A DNA stretch of 41,496 bases from an uncultured Fibrobacterales bacterium (GTDB lineage: Bacteria; Fibrobacterota; Fibrobacteria; Fibrobacterales; CAWVXU01): NCBI GenBank assembly GCA_963934255.1, contig CAWVXU010000014.1, positions 1 to 41,496 of the forward strand. The letters are read 5' to 3'. The translations under genes and the position numbers were made by a program. Below are positions 1 through 10,206 of this stretch, piece after piece (positions within the stretch are counted from its first letter, which is position 1; each line of letters begins with the position of its first letter). The notes below the pieces were generated by a model. The model worked only from the letters and a program-made list of their open reading frames with translations, ran no database searches and had not been told where the DNA came from.

Positions 1-742
1 ACTCAACTATGTGGAAACCGACAAAAAACCGAACACGAATTTATTTGAAACTTTAGGCCGGCAATTTTCACGGGGTAAAACACTTTATAACTTTCTGAGA
101 CATTCGCACCTTGAGGATGAAAGTCTACTCGAAAATATTGCCCGGGATTTTATCTATCCTTGTAATATTGAGGATCTAACTCACAAAATGTACATCTGCA
201 GCATTGATTTTAAAACAGGTCAAGCGGTTTTTTTTAATGAAGGTGATTGTCGAAAAGCTGTGATGGCCTCAATGTCTATCCCTGGATATTTCCCACCTCA
301 GAAGTTTAATGACCGGCTTTTATATGATGCGCAAGCCGTTTATCCTGTCCCTATTCAGGTTTTTGAACATGAACCAGTTGACCTTATAATAAGTGTCGAT
401 GTAGGGCTTCCTATTGAAGACGACTTTCAAGTTAAAACAGGGGTAGACCTTTTATTCAGACAAAATGACATGCTTTACACCCATGTCCTATCAGAAGTCG
501 AAAATTGTTCAGATTTGGTAATTCGACCTGATATTAAGGATGTTCATTGGACAGAATTCCATAAAATGGATAAGGTTATACTCAAAGGTATGGAAGCCGC
601 CAATGATATGATTCCTCAAGTTAAAAAAATGATGGACCCTAACTATAACCCCACACCCATGGATGAACGCCCTTGGCACAATTCAGGTTTTGGCGACATG
701 CAACGAGTTCACTTTATGAAAGTACCATCTTCGGAAGATTAA
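1..742 (+). CDS. Patatin-like phospholipase family protein, 5'-truncated
   Basis: Frame is open to the window edge upstream of GTG 11. C-terminal patatin hallmarks: AVMASMSIPGYFPP, catalytic-Asp region LLYDAQ, IISVDV, DLVIRPD. The GxSxG motif would lie upstream of the window. Confidence 0.8.
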   Translation, partial: LNYVETDKKPNTNLFETLGRQFSRGKTLYNFLRHSHLEDESLLENIARDFIYPCNIEDLTHKMYICSIDFKTGQAVFFNEGDCRKAVMASMSIPGYFPPQKFNDRLLYDAQAVYPVPIQVFEHEPVDLIISVDVGLPIEDDFQVKTGVDLLFRQNDMLYTHVLSEVENCSDLVIRPDIKDVHWTEFHKMDKVILKGMEAANDMIPQVKKMMDPNYNPTPMDERPWHNSGFGDMQRVHFMKVPSSED

Positions 743-744
743 TT

Positions 745-2514
745 ATGAAAAACATGCATGACTATGAGACTCTTCCACAAATGATGCAATTTGTGGTGAA
801 CGAGTATAGAAACTCAAAATCTCTCAATTATCTTTATCTAAAACACTGGGAGAAGATTTCAACAGAACGCTTTGTTGAACAAGTAAGGCAGCTTGCTTTG
901 GGGCTCAAAAAAATGGGTATTAAGCCAGGCGATGGTGTTGGTATTATTGCTCAGCCATCACCTTATTGGGTGATGATGGATATGGCCATAATGTTGAACA
1001 AAGCCATCTCGGTCCCCATGTTCCCTAATATTTCTTCAGAGAATTTTGATTATCAAATAGATGATTCCAATGTCAAAACACTTTACATTGAAAGTGATGA
1101 AATACTTGAAGAACATCTCAAGTCTCGACTATCTACAATCAAAAATGTCATTTCATTTAGTGTACATACCCAAGGCGATAATGTTTCTTATTTCCAGGAC
1201 TTAATTGAAAAAGGTGATGCACTTTCCAACGAGCAACCTCTTTTGTTTGGAGAAATGCGTGATGCAGTTCAACCTGATGATATAGCCACCATCATTTATA
1301 CATCAGGTTCAACTGGTGTCCCCAAAGGTGTGGAAATTTCACACAAAAACCTTGTCCATCAAATTAAAGCTGCAGGAGAAATATTCCCACTTGACCCCTC
1401 TAAGGATGTGGCTTTGACTTGCCTTCCTTTGGCGCATGTATTTGAACGTATGATTATATACTTTTATATCAGTCAAGGTGTTTCAGTTTACTTTGCTGAT
1501 GATATTAAACGCGTAGGTGATTTATTAAGAGAAATACGTCCAACAATCATCACCGTTGTCCCTAGAATTTTGGAAAAAGTTTTCGCCAAAATGACCGCAA
1601 AAATTGATGATGCCAAAGGTCTCAAAAAGTTCCTACTATCTCAAGCCATCCAAGCAGCGACGAAAAATGAACCAGGTGTAAAAACTCTCATGTCACCAAT
1701 TTATCAGAAACTGGTTTACTCCAAAATGCTTGAAGCTTTGGGCAATAGATTGGAATATTGTGTCAGTGGTGGAGCTCCTCTAAACAAAGAAATTGGTACT
1801 TTTTTCCTTAATATTGGATTAAATATTTATGAAGGTTATGGCTTAACAGAAGCCTCCCCTGTCTTGGCGACCAACTACCCTGGCCACAACAAAATTGGCA
1901 CCGTAGGCATCACTTATCCGGGTGTTGAATTAAAAATTACTGAAAGAGGTGAGCTACTCGCTCGAGGGGATAATATTATGATTGGATATCATAATAAGAA
2001 AGATGACACTGATGATGTCCTAGACAAAGATGGATGGTTAAGCACTGGTGACAAAGCTTCTTTTGATGATGAGGGTTACCTAACAATTACAGGTAGGATC
2101 AAAGAGCTCTTCAAAACATCTGGAGGAAAGTACGTTTCACCTATCCCTATTGAGCAAGCATTATCTAAACATCGACTTGTTGATCAAGCTCTGGTTGTTG
2201 CTGAAGGTAGACGATTTGTATCTGCTTTACTCTTCCCTGACTATGAAAATGCTGTTGCATTAAAAGAATATTACGGACAGCCTGAGCTGAGTGATGACGC
2301 ATTCTTTGGTCAACAAAAGATTCAGGACAAAATGGAACATATGGTTAAAACAATGAATCAAAATCTTTCCCATTCAGAACATGTTCAAAAGGTCAAATTT
2401 ATACCTTATCAACTCTCTATTCAAGAGGGGGATCTAACACCTAAAATGAATTTAAGGCGCAATGCTTTATATACGCGCTTTGACGACATCATTCACGATT
2501 TTTACGAAGAATAA
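745..2514 (+). CDS. fadD: Long-chain fatty acid-CoA ligase (AMP-binding family)
   Basis: YTSGSTGVPKG P-loop, YEGYGLTE, WLSTGD, ITGRIKELFKTSGGKYVSP. ATG 745 (2 nt after the patatin stop) is preferred over the ORF-track TTG 673. Confidence 0.9.
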   Translation: MKNMHDYETLPQMMQFVVNEYRNSKSLNYLYLKHWEKISTERFVEQVRQLALGLKKMGIKPGDGVGIIAQPSPYWVMMDMAIMLNKAISVPMFPNISSENFDYQIDDSNVKTLYIESDEILEEHLKSRLSTIKNVISFSVHTQGDNVSYFQDLIEKGDALSNEQPLLFGEMRDAVQPDDIATIIYTSGSTGVPKGVEISHKNLVHQIKAAGEIFPLDPSKDVALTCLPLAHVFERMIIYFYISQGVSVYFADDIKRVGDLLREIRPTIITVVPRILEKVFAKMTAKIDDAKGLKKFLLSQAIQAATKNEPGVKTLMSPIYQKLVYSKMLEALGNRLEYCVSGGAPLNKEIGTFFLNIGLNIYEGYGLTEASPVLATNYPGHNKIGTVGITYPGVELKITERGELLARGDNIMIGYHNKKDDTDDVLDKDGWLSTGDKASFDDEGYLTITGRIKELFKTSGGKYVSPIPIEQALSKHRLVDQALVVAEGRRFVSALLFPDYENAVALKEYYGQPELSDDAFFGQQKIQDKMEHMVKTMNQNLSHSEHVQKVKFIPYQLSIQEGDLTPKMNLRRNALYTRFDDIIHDFYEE

Positions 2515-2525
2515 GGAGCGGTATC

Positions 2526-3815
2526 ATGAAAGAACGTATTGCAATTATTGACGGAATTAGAACACCATTTGCCAAAGCTGGCACTTCACTTAAAAATGTA
2601 CCAGCCCAAGAATTAGGTGCTTTCATTTTTAAGGAGCTTCTTGAAAGAACTGGATTCCCTCAAGACCAAATTGACGAACTCATTTTAGGAAATGTAGGAC
2701 AACCTTCTGGTGCAGCAAATATCGCACGAGTTGTCGCATTAAAGGCGGGGCTTGATAAAAAAACACCAGCCTATACTGTCCATAGAAACTGTGCATCAGG
2801 CATGGAATCAATTACGACCGCTGCAAACAAAATCTTAGCCGGTGAAGCTGATGTGATTTTGGCAGGTGGTACCGAATCCATGTCCCAATATCCGCTAATC
2901 TTTGGTAAAAAAATGACGTCCTTTTTTGGGTCACTTTCTATGGCCAAAACACCGGCTCAAAAGCTTGGTGTCTTGGCAACATTTAGACCCTCTTTTTTAA
3001 AGCCGCGTATCGCTGTAATGGAAGGTTTAACAGATCCTATTTGTGGAATGCTCATGGGAAATACTGCAGAGGTATTAGCCAAAGAGTTTCATATTGACCG
3101 AGATGCGCAGGATCAATATGCACTTCAATCTCACATCAAAGCTGAAGCTGCTATTCAATCAGGAAAGTTTGCCGAGGAAATTGTTCCTTTACCTGTTTTC
3201 CCTAAATTTAAAACTGTCATGTCTGAAGATAATGGCGTGAGACTCGGCCAATCTATTGAGGCACTAGGAAAACTTCGTCCCTATTTTGACCGTGTCAATG
3301 GATCGGTTACGGTTGGTAATGCCTGTCCACTTACAGATGGTGCAGCCGCTGTGCTTCTTATGTCAGAGACAAAAGCCAAAGAACTTGGACTCAAACCCAT
3401 GGGATTCTTGCGAGACTACGCTTATGCTGGACTTGATCCACATAGGATGGGACTAGGACCTGTTTTTTCTAGCGCTAAGGTCTTTGAAAAATCAGGACTG
3501 ACGACCGAAGATATGGATTTAGTTGAAATTAATGAAGCATTCGCTGTCCAAGTTATCGCCAACCTCAAAGCATGGGAATCAGATGATTTTTGTAAAAAAG
3601 AGTTGGGCCTTGATAAAGCATTGGGAACTATTGATCCAGCGATACTCAACCCTAATGGTGGAGCCATCGCACTAGGTCACCCAGTTGGAACAACTGGAAC
3701 TAGAATGATTATCACTCTTCTCAAAGAATTAAAACGCCAAGGTAAGAATCGCGGGCTCGCTACACTTTGTATTGGTGGCGGTCAAGGTGGAGCTGTAATT
3801 TTGGAGGTTGAATAA
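2526..3815 (+). CDS. fadI: 3-ketoacyl-CoA thiolase (FadI-like)
   Basis: HRNCASG (catalytic Cys), NEAFA, GHPVG, LCIGGGQG; AAGGAG RBS overlapping the fadD stop. Confidence 0.9.
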   Translation: MKERIAIIDGIRTPFAKAGTSLKNVPAQELGAFIFKELLERTGFPQDQIDELILGNVGQPSGAANIARVVALKAGLDKKTPAYTVHRNCASGMESITTAANKILAGEADVILAGGTESMSQYPLIFGKKMTSFFGSLSMAKTPAQKLGVLATFRPSFLKPRIAVMEGLTDPICGMLMGNTAEVLAKEFHIDRDAQDQYALQSHIKAEAAIQSGKFAEEIVPLPVFPKFKTVMSEDNGVRLGQSIEALGKLRPYFDRVNGSVTVGNACPLTDGAAAVLLMSETKAKELGLKPMGFLRDYAYAGLDPHRMGLGPVFSSAKVFEKSGLTTEDMDLVEINEAFAVQVIANLKAWESDDFCKKELGLDKALGTIDPAILNPNGGAIALGHPVGTTGTRMIITLLKELKRQGKNRGLATLCIGGGQGGAVILEVE

Positions 3816-6016
3816 TGTCAGATTTTAATTTGAAAAATATTGATTTCTTGGGAGCTTTTAAATTAGAAAACCAAGGCCATGGTGTATTTCATCTCATATT
3901 TGATTTACCAGGTGAAAAAGTGAATAAATTTTCTGGCGCTGTTCTTGCGGAACTAGATTCATTTTTGGATAAAATTGAATTGATGCCTGAAATTGACCTA
4001 TTGTGTCTTGTTTCTGCCAAAAAAGGAATCTTTGTAGCTGGTGCTGACATTAATGGTATTCTTGGGATCACTAATCCAGGGGAAGCAGAGCTTGCAGCCA
4101 AAGCCGGACAAAATGTTTTTAACAAACTAGCTCAGCTAAAATGTACAACACTAGCTGTCATCAATGGTGCATGTCTTGGTGGTGGGTGTGAATATGCTTT
4201 GGCTTGTGACTTTCGAGTAGCAAGTGATTCATCCAAAGTCACCATAGGACTTCCTGAAGTTAACCTAGGCATCTTGCCTGGTTGGGGCGGAACACAACGA
4301 TTACCCAAGCTCATTGGGATGCAAAATGCACTCGGGATGATCCTGGCTGGTAAAGCAATCAATGCCAAAAAAGCTTGGAAACAGCACCTTGTTGATCAAT
4401 ATTTTTCTGAAGAGTTCCTAGAAGAACAATTAGAAAATTTCTGTAAACAGCTCTCACAAAATCCAAATTTCAAAACCACAATGATTGCCAAAAGAGAAAA
4501 AGGCTTAAGCGCTAAATTACTTGAAGATAATGTGATTGGACAAAGCGTTTTGTTTCATAAAGCCAAAGAGGGGCTCATTAAAAAAACCAAAGGCTTTTAT
4601 AAAGCGCCACTTGTTGCTTTAGATGTGCTTGAAGAAACTTTAGACATGGATTTAGAAGCAGGGCTTGCTGTCGAGAGTAAAGCATTTGCTGAGCTTGCAG
4701 TGACTGACACTTGTAAAAATTTAATCCAGGTATTCTTTACTAGTGAAGCTCTCAAAAAAGAAACAGGGATTCTTACCAAAGCCGAGGCGATTCAATTCAA
4801 GAAATCTGCGGTGATTGGCGCGGGTGTCATGGGCGGAGGAATTGCCTGGGCATTTTCAAATAAAGATATTCCTATTCGCATGAAAGACTTGAATTGGGAT
4901 GCGGTCCAAAAAGGATATGAATCGGCCAGTCAAGTCTATAGCCAACTCATCAAAATTCGAAAATATGATGAACGCCAGGTAGCTTTGAAGATGAATCACA
5001 TTTCCTCAACTCTAGACTATTCGGGTTTTAAAAATGTTGATATCGTGGTTGAAGCAGTTGTAGAAAACATCAATGTAAAAAAATCTGTCTTAGCTGAAGT
5101 CGAAGAAAACTTAAGTGAAAACACCATTCTCACTTCCAACACATCTTCGCTCTCCATTACAGAAATGGCGACATCATTAAAACGACCAGAAAAATTCGCT
5201 GGCCTTCACTTTTTTAACCCAGTCAATAGAATGCCATTAGTGGAAATCATTCCTGGTGAAAAAACATCTGACGAAACGATAACAAGTCTTGTTTCACTTG
5301 TAAAAAAAATGGGGAAAACTCCTGTTGTCGTTCAAAATTGCCCTGGTTTTTTAGTGAACAGAATTCTCATCCCTTATATGAATGAAGCTGCACTCATCTT
5401 ACAAGAAGGTGCAAACATGGAGCGTGTAGATGAGCTCATACTTAGTTTTGGCATGCCTATGGGCCCCTTTACGCTCGCTGATGAAGTGGGGATTGACGTG
5501 GGATATCATGTGGCCAAAATTTTAGAAGACGGTTATGGCGAAAGAATGAAGACGGCAGAAATTTTAGAATATGTTGCTGTGGACCAAAAATTATTAGGTA
5601 AAAAAGCAGGACTTGGCTTTTACCAACATCAAGGTAAAGAAAAGATTCCTAACCCTGACTTAAAAGAGATGATTTCAAAAGTCCAAAGTGATAATAATAT
5701 TTCAACAACACTATTTTCCGACCCTACCATTATTGATCGTTGTATATTATCAATGGTCAATGAAGCTGCTAAGTGTATAGAAGAGAAGGTTGTTTCTTGT
5801 CCAGAATACCTAGATATGGCGATGATTATGGGTTCAGGGTTCCCTCCATTTAGAGGTGGTCTTTTAAAATACGCCGATCAAAGAGGCATATCAGATATCG
5901 TCGAAAGCTTACAAAAATTAGAAGACAAGTTTGGGGAAAGGTTTCACCCAGCTAAAATATTAATTGACCACCAAAAAGCAAGTACCACATTCTATCCAGG
6001 AGTTCAAAATGGGTGA
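3815..6016 (+). CDS. fadJ: Multifunctional enoyl-CoA hydratase/3-hydroxyacyl-CoA dehydrogenase (FadJ/FadB family)
   Basis: ECH motifs FVAGADI, CLGGGCE, LPEVNLGILPGWGGT; HAD motifs VIGAGVMGGG, SNTSSL, LHFFNPV; TAATG coupling to the thiolase. Confidence 0.9.
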   Translation: MSDFNLKNIDFLGAFKLENQGHGVFHLIFDLPGEKVNKFSGAVLAELDSFLDKIELMPEIDLLCLVSAKKGIFVAGADINGILGITNPGEAELAAKAGQNVFNKLAQLKCTTLAVINGACLGGGCEYALACDFRVASDSSKVTIGLPEVNLGILPGWGGTQRLPKLIGMQNALGMILAGKAINAKKAWKQHLVDQYFSEEFLEEQLENFCKQLSQNPNFKTTMIAKREKGLSAKLLEDNVIGQSVLFHKAKEGLIKKTKGFYKAPLVALDVLEETLDMDLEAGLAVESKAFAELAVTDTCKNLIQVFFTSEALKKETGILTKAEAIQFKKSAVIGAGVMGGGIAWAFSNKDIPIRMKDLNWDAVQKGYESASQVYSQLIKIRKYDERQVALKMNHISSTLDYSGFKNVDIVVEAVVENINVKKSVLAEVEENLSENTILTSNTSSLSITEMATSLKRPEKFAGLHFFNPVNRMPLVEIIPGEKTSDETITSLVSLVKKMGKTPVVVQNCPGFLVNRILIPYMNEAALILQEGANMERVDELILSFGMPMGPFTLADEVGIDVGYHVAKILEDGYGERMKTAEILEYVAVDQKLLGKKAGLGFYQHQGKEKIPNPDLKEMISKVQSDNNISTTLFSDPTIIDRCILSMVNEAAKCIEEKVVSCPEYLDMAMIMGSGFPPFRGGLLKYADQRGISDIVESLQKLEDKFGERFHPAKILIDHQKASTTFYPGVQNG

Positions 6017-7925
6017 AGAAAACAATGCAGCACAAGATGAAATGATTATTGACACTTCCAAAATGAATGCTGGTAAAGCAAGTGCTATGGAGGTAGCTGA
6101 AGGCGCCCGCCAAACAAAATGGGAACATCCTTCTTTTGGCGGTGAAATATTTATGGGTGTTTTCAAACCTGATATGATTTTCCCTTTTCCTGAGCAAAGT
6201 GAAGAAGACAAAAAAATCGGTGATGACTATGTCAAAAAAATCATGGATTTTTTAGAGGCCAATTTGGATCCTGAAGAAGTTGATGAGACCCGAACTATTC
6301 CAAGCCTTGTTGTTGATGGGATGGCAGACATGGGTGTCTTTGCTATGAAAGTTCCAAAAGAATACGCTGGACTCGGTTTCACTCAGGTGAATTATAACCG
6401 AGTGATGATGGCAATTTCTTCTTATTGCGGATCAACTGCAGTACTTATTAGTGCTCACCAATCAATTGGGGTACCTCAACCCTTAAAAATGTTCGGTACA
6501 AAAGAACAAAAAGAAGCTTGGCTTCCAAGATTTAGGGAAGGTAAAATTTCTGCATTTGCTTTAACAGAACCCAACGTTGGATCTGACCCAGCACAGATGG
6601 CTACAGAAGCCGTACTTACTGAAGACGGCCAACACTATATTATCAACGGTGATAAATTATGGTGTACCAATGGCCCCATAGCTGACATACTAGTTGTGAT
6701 GGCCAAAACAGCGCCTATCATGCGTGGTGATAAAGAAATAAAACAAATTACAGCTCTTATTGTTGAAAAAGGAATGCCTGGTTTTGAAGTCATACATCGT
6801 TGTGATTTCATGGGGATTCGTGGAATTAACAACGGCTTGATTCGCTTTACCAATGTTAAAGTCCCTGTGGGCAATGTCATCCTAGGACCAGGCAAAGGGC
6901 TTAAGTTAGCACTTGCTACACTCAACACTGGGCGCTTGACCTTGCCAGCTGCATGTACAGGTATGGCCAAGGCTTGTCTTAATTCTGCAAGACGTTGGGG
7001 TAGCGAACGTGTTCAATGGGGCGCACCCATTGGCAAACACGAAGCAGGAGCTAAAAAAATTGCTTTTATTGCTTCAAGTACATTTGCGATGGAAGCCGTT
7101 ACATTTCTTACATCTCATTGGGCTGATCATAAAGATAAAGATATTCGTATTGAAGCTGCTATGGCCAAAATGTTCTGTAGTGAACTTGCTTGGGATGTAG
7201 TAGATGAAACGATGCAATTTCGGGGCGGACGAGGCTACGAAAGAGCAACCTCTCTTAAAGAAAGAGGCGAAACGCCATTCCCTATCGAACGCATGATGAG
7301 AGAGTGTCGAATCAATAGAATTATTGAAGGTACAACTGACATCATGAAACTCTTCTTAGCTCGCGAAGCGATGGATCCACATTTAACTGTAGCAGCTGAC
7401 CTTCTTAAGAAACATGTTCCAGTTGGACAAAAAATTCGTTCTGGTGTTAAACTAGCAGGCTTCTATAGTATGTGGTATCCTACCCAATGGGTAAATTCAA
7501 GCCTTTGGAATACATATGATGATCTTGGTGGATTATCCAAACATTTTTCTTATGTTGAAACTACTTCCCATCGCCTAGCCAGAACTATTTTCCATTATAT
7601 GGGTATCTATCAAGATCGACTTGAACACAAACAAATGTTACTCGGACGTCTCATGGAAATTGGCACTGAGCTCTTTGCCATTTCAACAACATGCTCCTAT
7701 GCGGCACATAAAATGTCATTAACTGAAGGGGATGAAACCCCCAAATATTTAGCTGATGTTTTCTCATTGGAGTCTAAACGCAAGATTGAAAGGCTCTTCG
7801 ATGAAATTTCAGATAATGATGACACTAAAGCTGTGAAACTTGCACAATCTGTGCTAGATGGAGATATTACTTGGCTTGAAGATGGAATTAGTACAACACC
7901 ATCAATAGGTAACACACCTGAATAA
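6009..7925 (+). CDS. Acyl-CoA dehydrogenase, long form with C-terminal extension (VLCAD-like)
   Basis: AFALTEPNVGSD, NGDKLWCTNG, QFRGGRGY, RIIEGTTDI. ATG 6009 has an AGGAG RBS and overlaps the fadJ end by 8 nt. Confidence 0.9.
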   Translation: MGEENNAAQDEMIIDTSKMNAGKASAMEVAEGARQTKWEHPSFGGEIFMGVFKPDMIFPFPEQSEEDKKIGDDYVKKIMDFLEANLDPEEVDETRTIPSLVVDGMADMGVFAMKVPKEYAGLGFTQVNYNRVMMAISSYCGSTAVLISAHQSIGVPQPLKMFGTKEQKEAWLPRFREGKISAFALTEPNVGSDPAQMATEAVLTEDGQHYIINGDKLWCTNGPIADILVVMAKTAPIMRGDKEIKQITALIVEKGMPGFEVIHRCDFMGIRGINNGLIRFTNVKVPVGNVILGPGKGLKLALATLNTGRLTLPAACTGMAKACLNSARRWGSERVQWGAPIGKHEAGAKKIAFIASSTFAMEAVTFLTSHWADHKDKDIRIEAAMAKMFCSELAWDVVDETMQFRGGRGYERATSLKERGETPFPIERMMRECRINRIIEGTTDIMKLFLAREAMDPHLTVAADLLKKHVPVGQKIRSGVKLAGFYSMWYPTQWVNSSLWNTYDDLGGLSKHFSYVETTSHRLARTIFHYMGIYQDRLEHKQMLLGRLMEIGTELFAISTTCSYAAHKMSLTEGDETPKYLADVFSLESKRKIERLFDEISDNDDTKAVKLAQSVLDGDITWLEDGISTTPSIGNTPE

Positions 7926-7954
7926 TTAAGAATCAGCGAGCTTAAAGTCAATAA

Positions 7955-7995
7955 AAATATAGCGCCCTGAAGTATTTACTTCGGGCGCTATATTT
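7955..7995. terminator. Probable bidirectional intrinsic terminator
   Basis: AAATATAGCGCCC-T-GAAGTA-TT-TACTTC-GGGCGCTATATTT inverted repeat between convergent genes. Confidence 0.8.
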
Positions 7996-8070
7996 ATTCA
8001 TACATCGTTTCTTTATCAGAATTTAGAATTAAACTAATTTATGGAAATATCATTGGGTCTTAGGTTTAAA

Positions 8071-9624
8071 TTATTTAAGCTTTGGAGAGGACACAACTTT
8101 GTTTCTTCCACCTTGTTTGGCCTTATAAAGGGCATCGTCAGCAGCTTTCACTAGGTCAAAACTAACTACACCTTGACGAGGTATTGTACAGGCTAGACCT
8201 AAACTAATAGTGAGGTGTATTAACGCTGGGTGACTCTTATCCTGAAAAGAAAGTTTTTCCACCTCTTTACGAATTGTTTCTGCAACAGCCTTAGCGCCTT
8301 TATGATTAGTATTGGGGAGAACGACACAAAATTCTTCTCCACCGTAACGAGTTGCCACATCAGCAGATCGAAGGATGGTTTTATTAATCGTATTAGCAAC
8401 GGCAATTAAAGCTTCATCACCTTTTTGATGTCCGTATTTGTCATTCAATTTCTTAAAAAAATCAATATCACATAAAATAACTGATAGAGGCTTCTTCTCT
8501 CGAAATAAACGTTTCCATTCTTTATCTAGAATTTCATCAAGGGCTCTTCTATTAAATAGTCCTGTTAATGGGTCAATTCGAGCTAATTCATTTAATTTTT
8601 CGTTTGATTTGATGAGGCCATGGTTTTGCACTTGTATATGCTCAATCATAAAATTTAATTCAGATACCATTTCAGATACCTCATCATTTTTTGAATCTTC
8701 ATCTAACTCTATATTTAGGTTACTTCTCATTTTCTTTGCTGTCTGTATCATCGCACTCACTGGCTTGATAATCATTCGTGAAATCAAAAATTGAACCATT
8801 AAAAATAAGACCAAAAAACTCGTTATATTCACCCAAACAATTGTTTCTAGACTAGCCATTCCTTCTTGAGCAATTCTTCTTAAATGCATCATATTAATTT
8901 GAATACTATTAACACCAAAAAGACCTTCAAGTTCTTGACGTAAATGATACTTCTCTAATGTTTTTTCAACAAAAATTATTCCATCACTTTTATTTGTCTT
9001 GTTAATACTGATTTCAAAAAGAACACCTGTTTCAGCACTAATTTTTAGTAGAAGATTGTCATTAATTGGTCTAGCCATTACAATAACTCCGCTAGAGTGA
9101 CCTCTATCATCAGTTTTAAAGACAGGAGTCACAACGACAAAAATAGGGGTTCGTTCGGTAAGAAAATACCCCTTAATAGTTTTTTTCATGGGCATATTAC
9201 TGATTTTATTTACCAACTGATTAATTTTTTCATTCAAAGAATTTAATTGATATTCTTTGGAACTTTCTAAATCAACACTTTTTGAAAAAAGAACCCCTCC
9301 TTCATAATTCAAAAGGGCTATATGGGTAAGATCATTATTTTTATAAGTAGTAATTCCTATATTTGATTCTACAAAAGTAGCATTGGTGTCTTTGATGAAA
9401 AAATAAGCCCCACCCTTACTCCCCCAATCCTTAGAAAATTTTTCAAGATCGTTTAACTCTCGTTCAAAAGCGCGCTTTACTCTTAGGATATTTGCATTAG
9501 CTTGTTCTTGTTCAATTTTTACTAACTGAGGGTGGATTAAACCAATTTGTACCCCAAAATTGATGAGCGAGAACAAGGATAATAAGACGAGTAGAATGAC
9601 TCCGATTTTAACTTTTACAGACAA
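8071..9624 (-). CDS. Membrane diguanylate cyclase (CHASE4-HAMP-GGDEF)
   Basis: N-terminal TM, CHASE4-like segment (DWGSKGGAYFF), second TM, HAMP (KNDEVSEM), DPLTGLFNRR, DIDFFK, intact RSAD I-site and RYGGEEF. TTG start with GGAG RBS. Confidence 0.88.
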   Translation of the reverse strand: MSVKVKIGVILLVLLSLFSLINFGVQIGLIHPQLVKIEQEQANANILRVKRAFERELNDLEKFSKDWGSKGGAYFFIKDTNATFVESNIGITTYKNNDLTHIALLNYEGGVLFSKSVDLESSKEYQLNSLNEKINQLVNKISNMPMKKTIKGYFLTERTPIFVVVTPVFKTDDRGHSSGVIVMARPINDNLLLKISAETGVLFEISINKTNKSDGIIFVEKTLEKYHLRQELEGLFGVNSIQINMMHLRRIAQEGMASLETIVWVNITSFLVLFLMVQFLISRMIIKPVSAMIQTAKKMRSNLNIELDEDSKNDEVSEMVSELNFMIEHIQVQNHGLIKSNEKLNELARIDPLTGLFNRRALDEILDKEWKRLFREKKPLSVILCDIDFFKKLNDKYGHQKGDEALIAVANTINKTILRSADVATRYGGEEFCVVLPNTNHKGAKAVAETIRKEVEKLSFQDKSHPALIHLTISLGLACTIPRQGVVSFDLVKAADDALYKAKQGGRNKVVSSPKLK

Positions 9625-9735
9625 TGTATTTACTCCGGCTCAACAAATACTATTATAGCATAAAAGATCAATATTATTCAAGAGACAATCGGAACTTATC
9701 TACCTCAAATTTTGAATGTTAGTATATTTCTATCC

Positions 9736-10206
9736 ATGAAAAAACAGCATCTGACACCCGATGGATTTGAAAAATATAAGGCCGAATGGCATCAATTAAA
9801 ATTTGTTGATCGTCCCGAAATGCAAGAACAAGTTCGAGTTGCCGCAGCAGAAGGTGATCGTTCTGAAAATGCAGCCTATACTTACGGAAAAATGCGTCTT
9901 CGCCATATTGACCAGAGACTCAGGAAATTAGATCGTATCTTAGACCATAGTATTGTCGTTAAAAATGTTATTCAAGATGGAACTATTCGATTTGGAGCTC
10001 GAGTTGAACTCATCGACCTCAAAACTTCTAAAATGCTGTCATATCAACTTGTAGGAAGCCATGAAGTTGCTCCACTTGACGGAAGAATTTCCATGGAATC
10101 TCCCATGGGCGCGCAACTCAAAGGCAAATCTAAAGATAATATTATTGAAATACAATCACCTCGTGGCCCCAAACAATTTTTGATTAAAAAGGTACGTTAT
10201 ACATGA
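9736..10206 (+). CDS. greB: Transcription elongation factor GreB
   Basis: LTPDG, AAAEGDRSENAAYTYGKMRLRHID (GreB-type), ISMESPMG. ATG 9736 preferred. Confidence 0.85.
   Translation: MKKQHLTPDGFEKYKAEWHQLKFVDRPEMQEQVRVAAAEGDRSENAAYTYGKMRLRHIDQRLRKLDRILDHSIVVKNVIQDGTIRFGARVELIDLKTSKMLSYQLVGSHEVAPLDGRISMESPMGAQLKGKSKDNIIEIQSPRGPKQFLIKKVRYT

Noticed and set aside
3422..7951. Short minus-strand and off-frame ORFs within the beta-oxidation genes
   Set aside because: They overlap well-supported CDS and have no recognisable motifs; typical antisense shadows.
8438..8794. 118-aa plus-strand ORF
   Set aside because: Antisense shadow of the GGDEF gene, as is 33652-33963.
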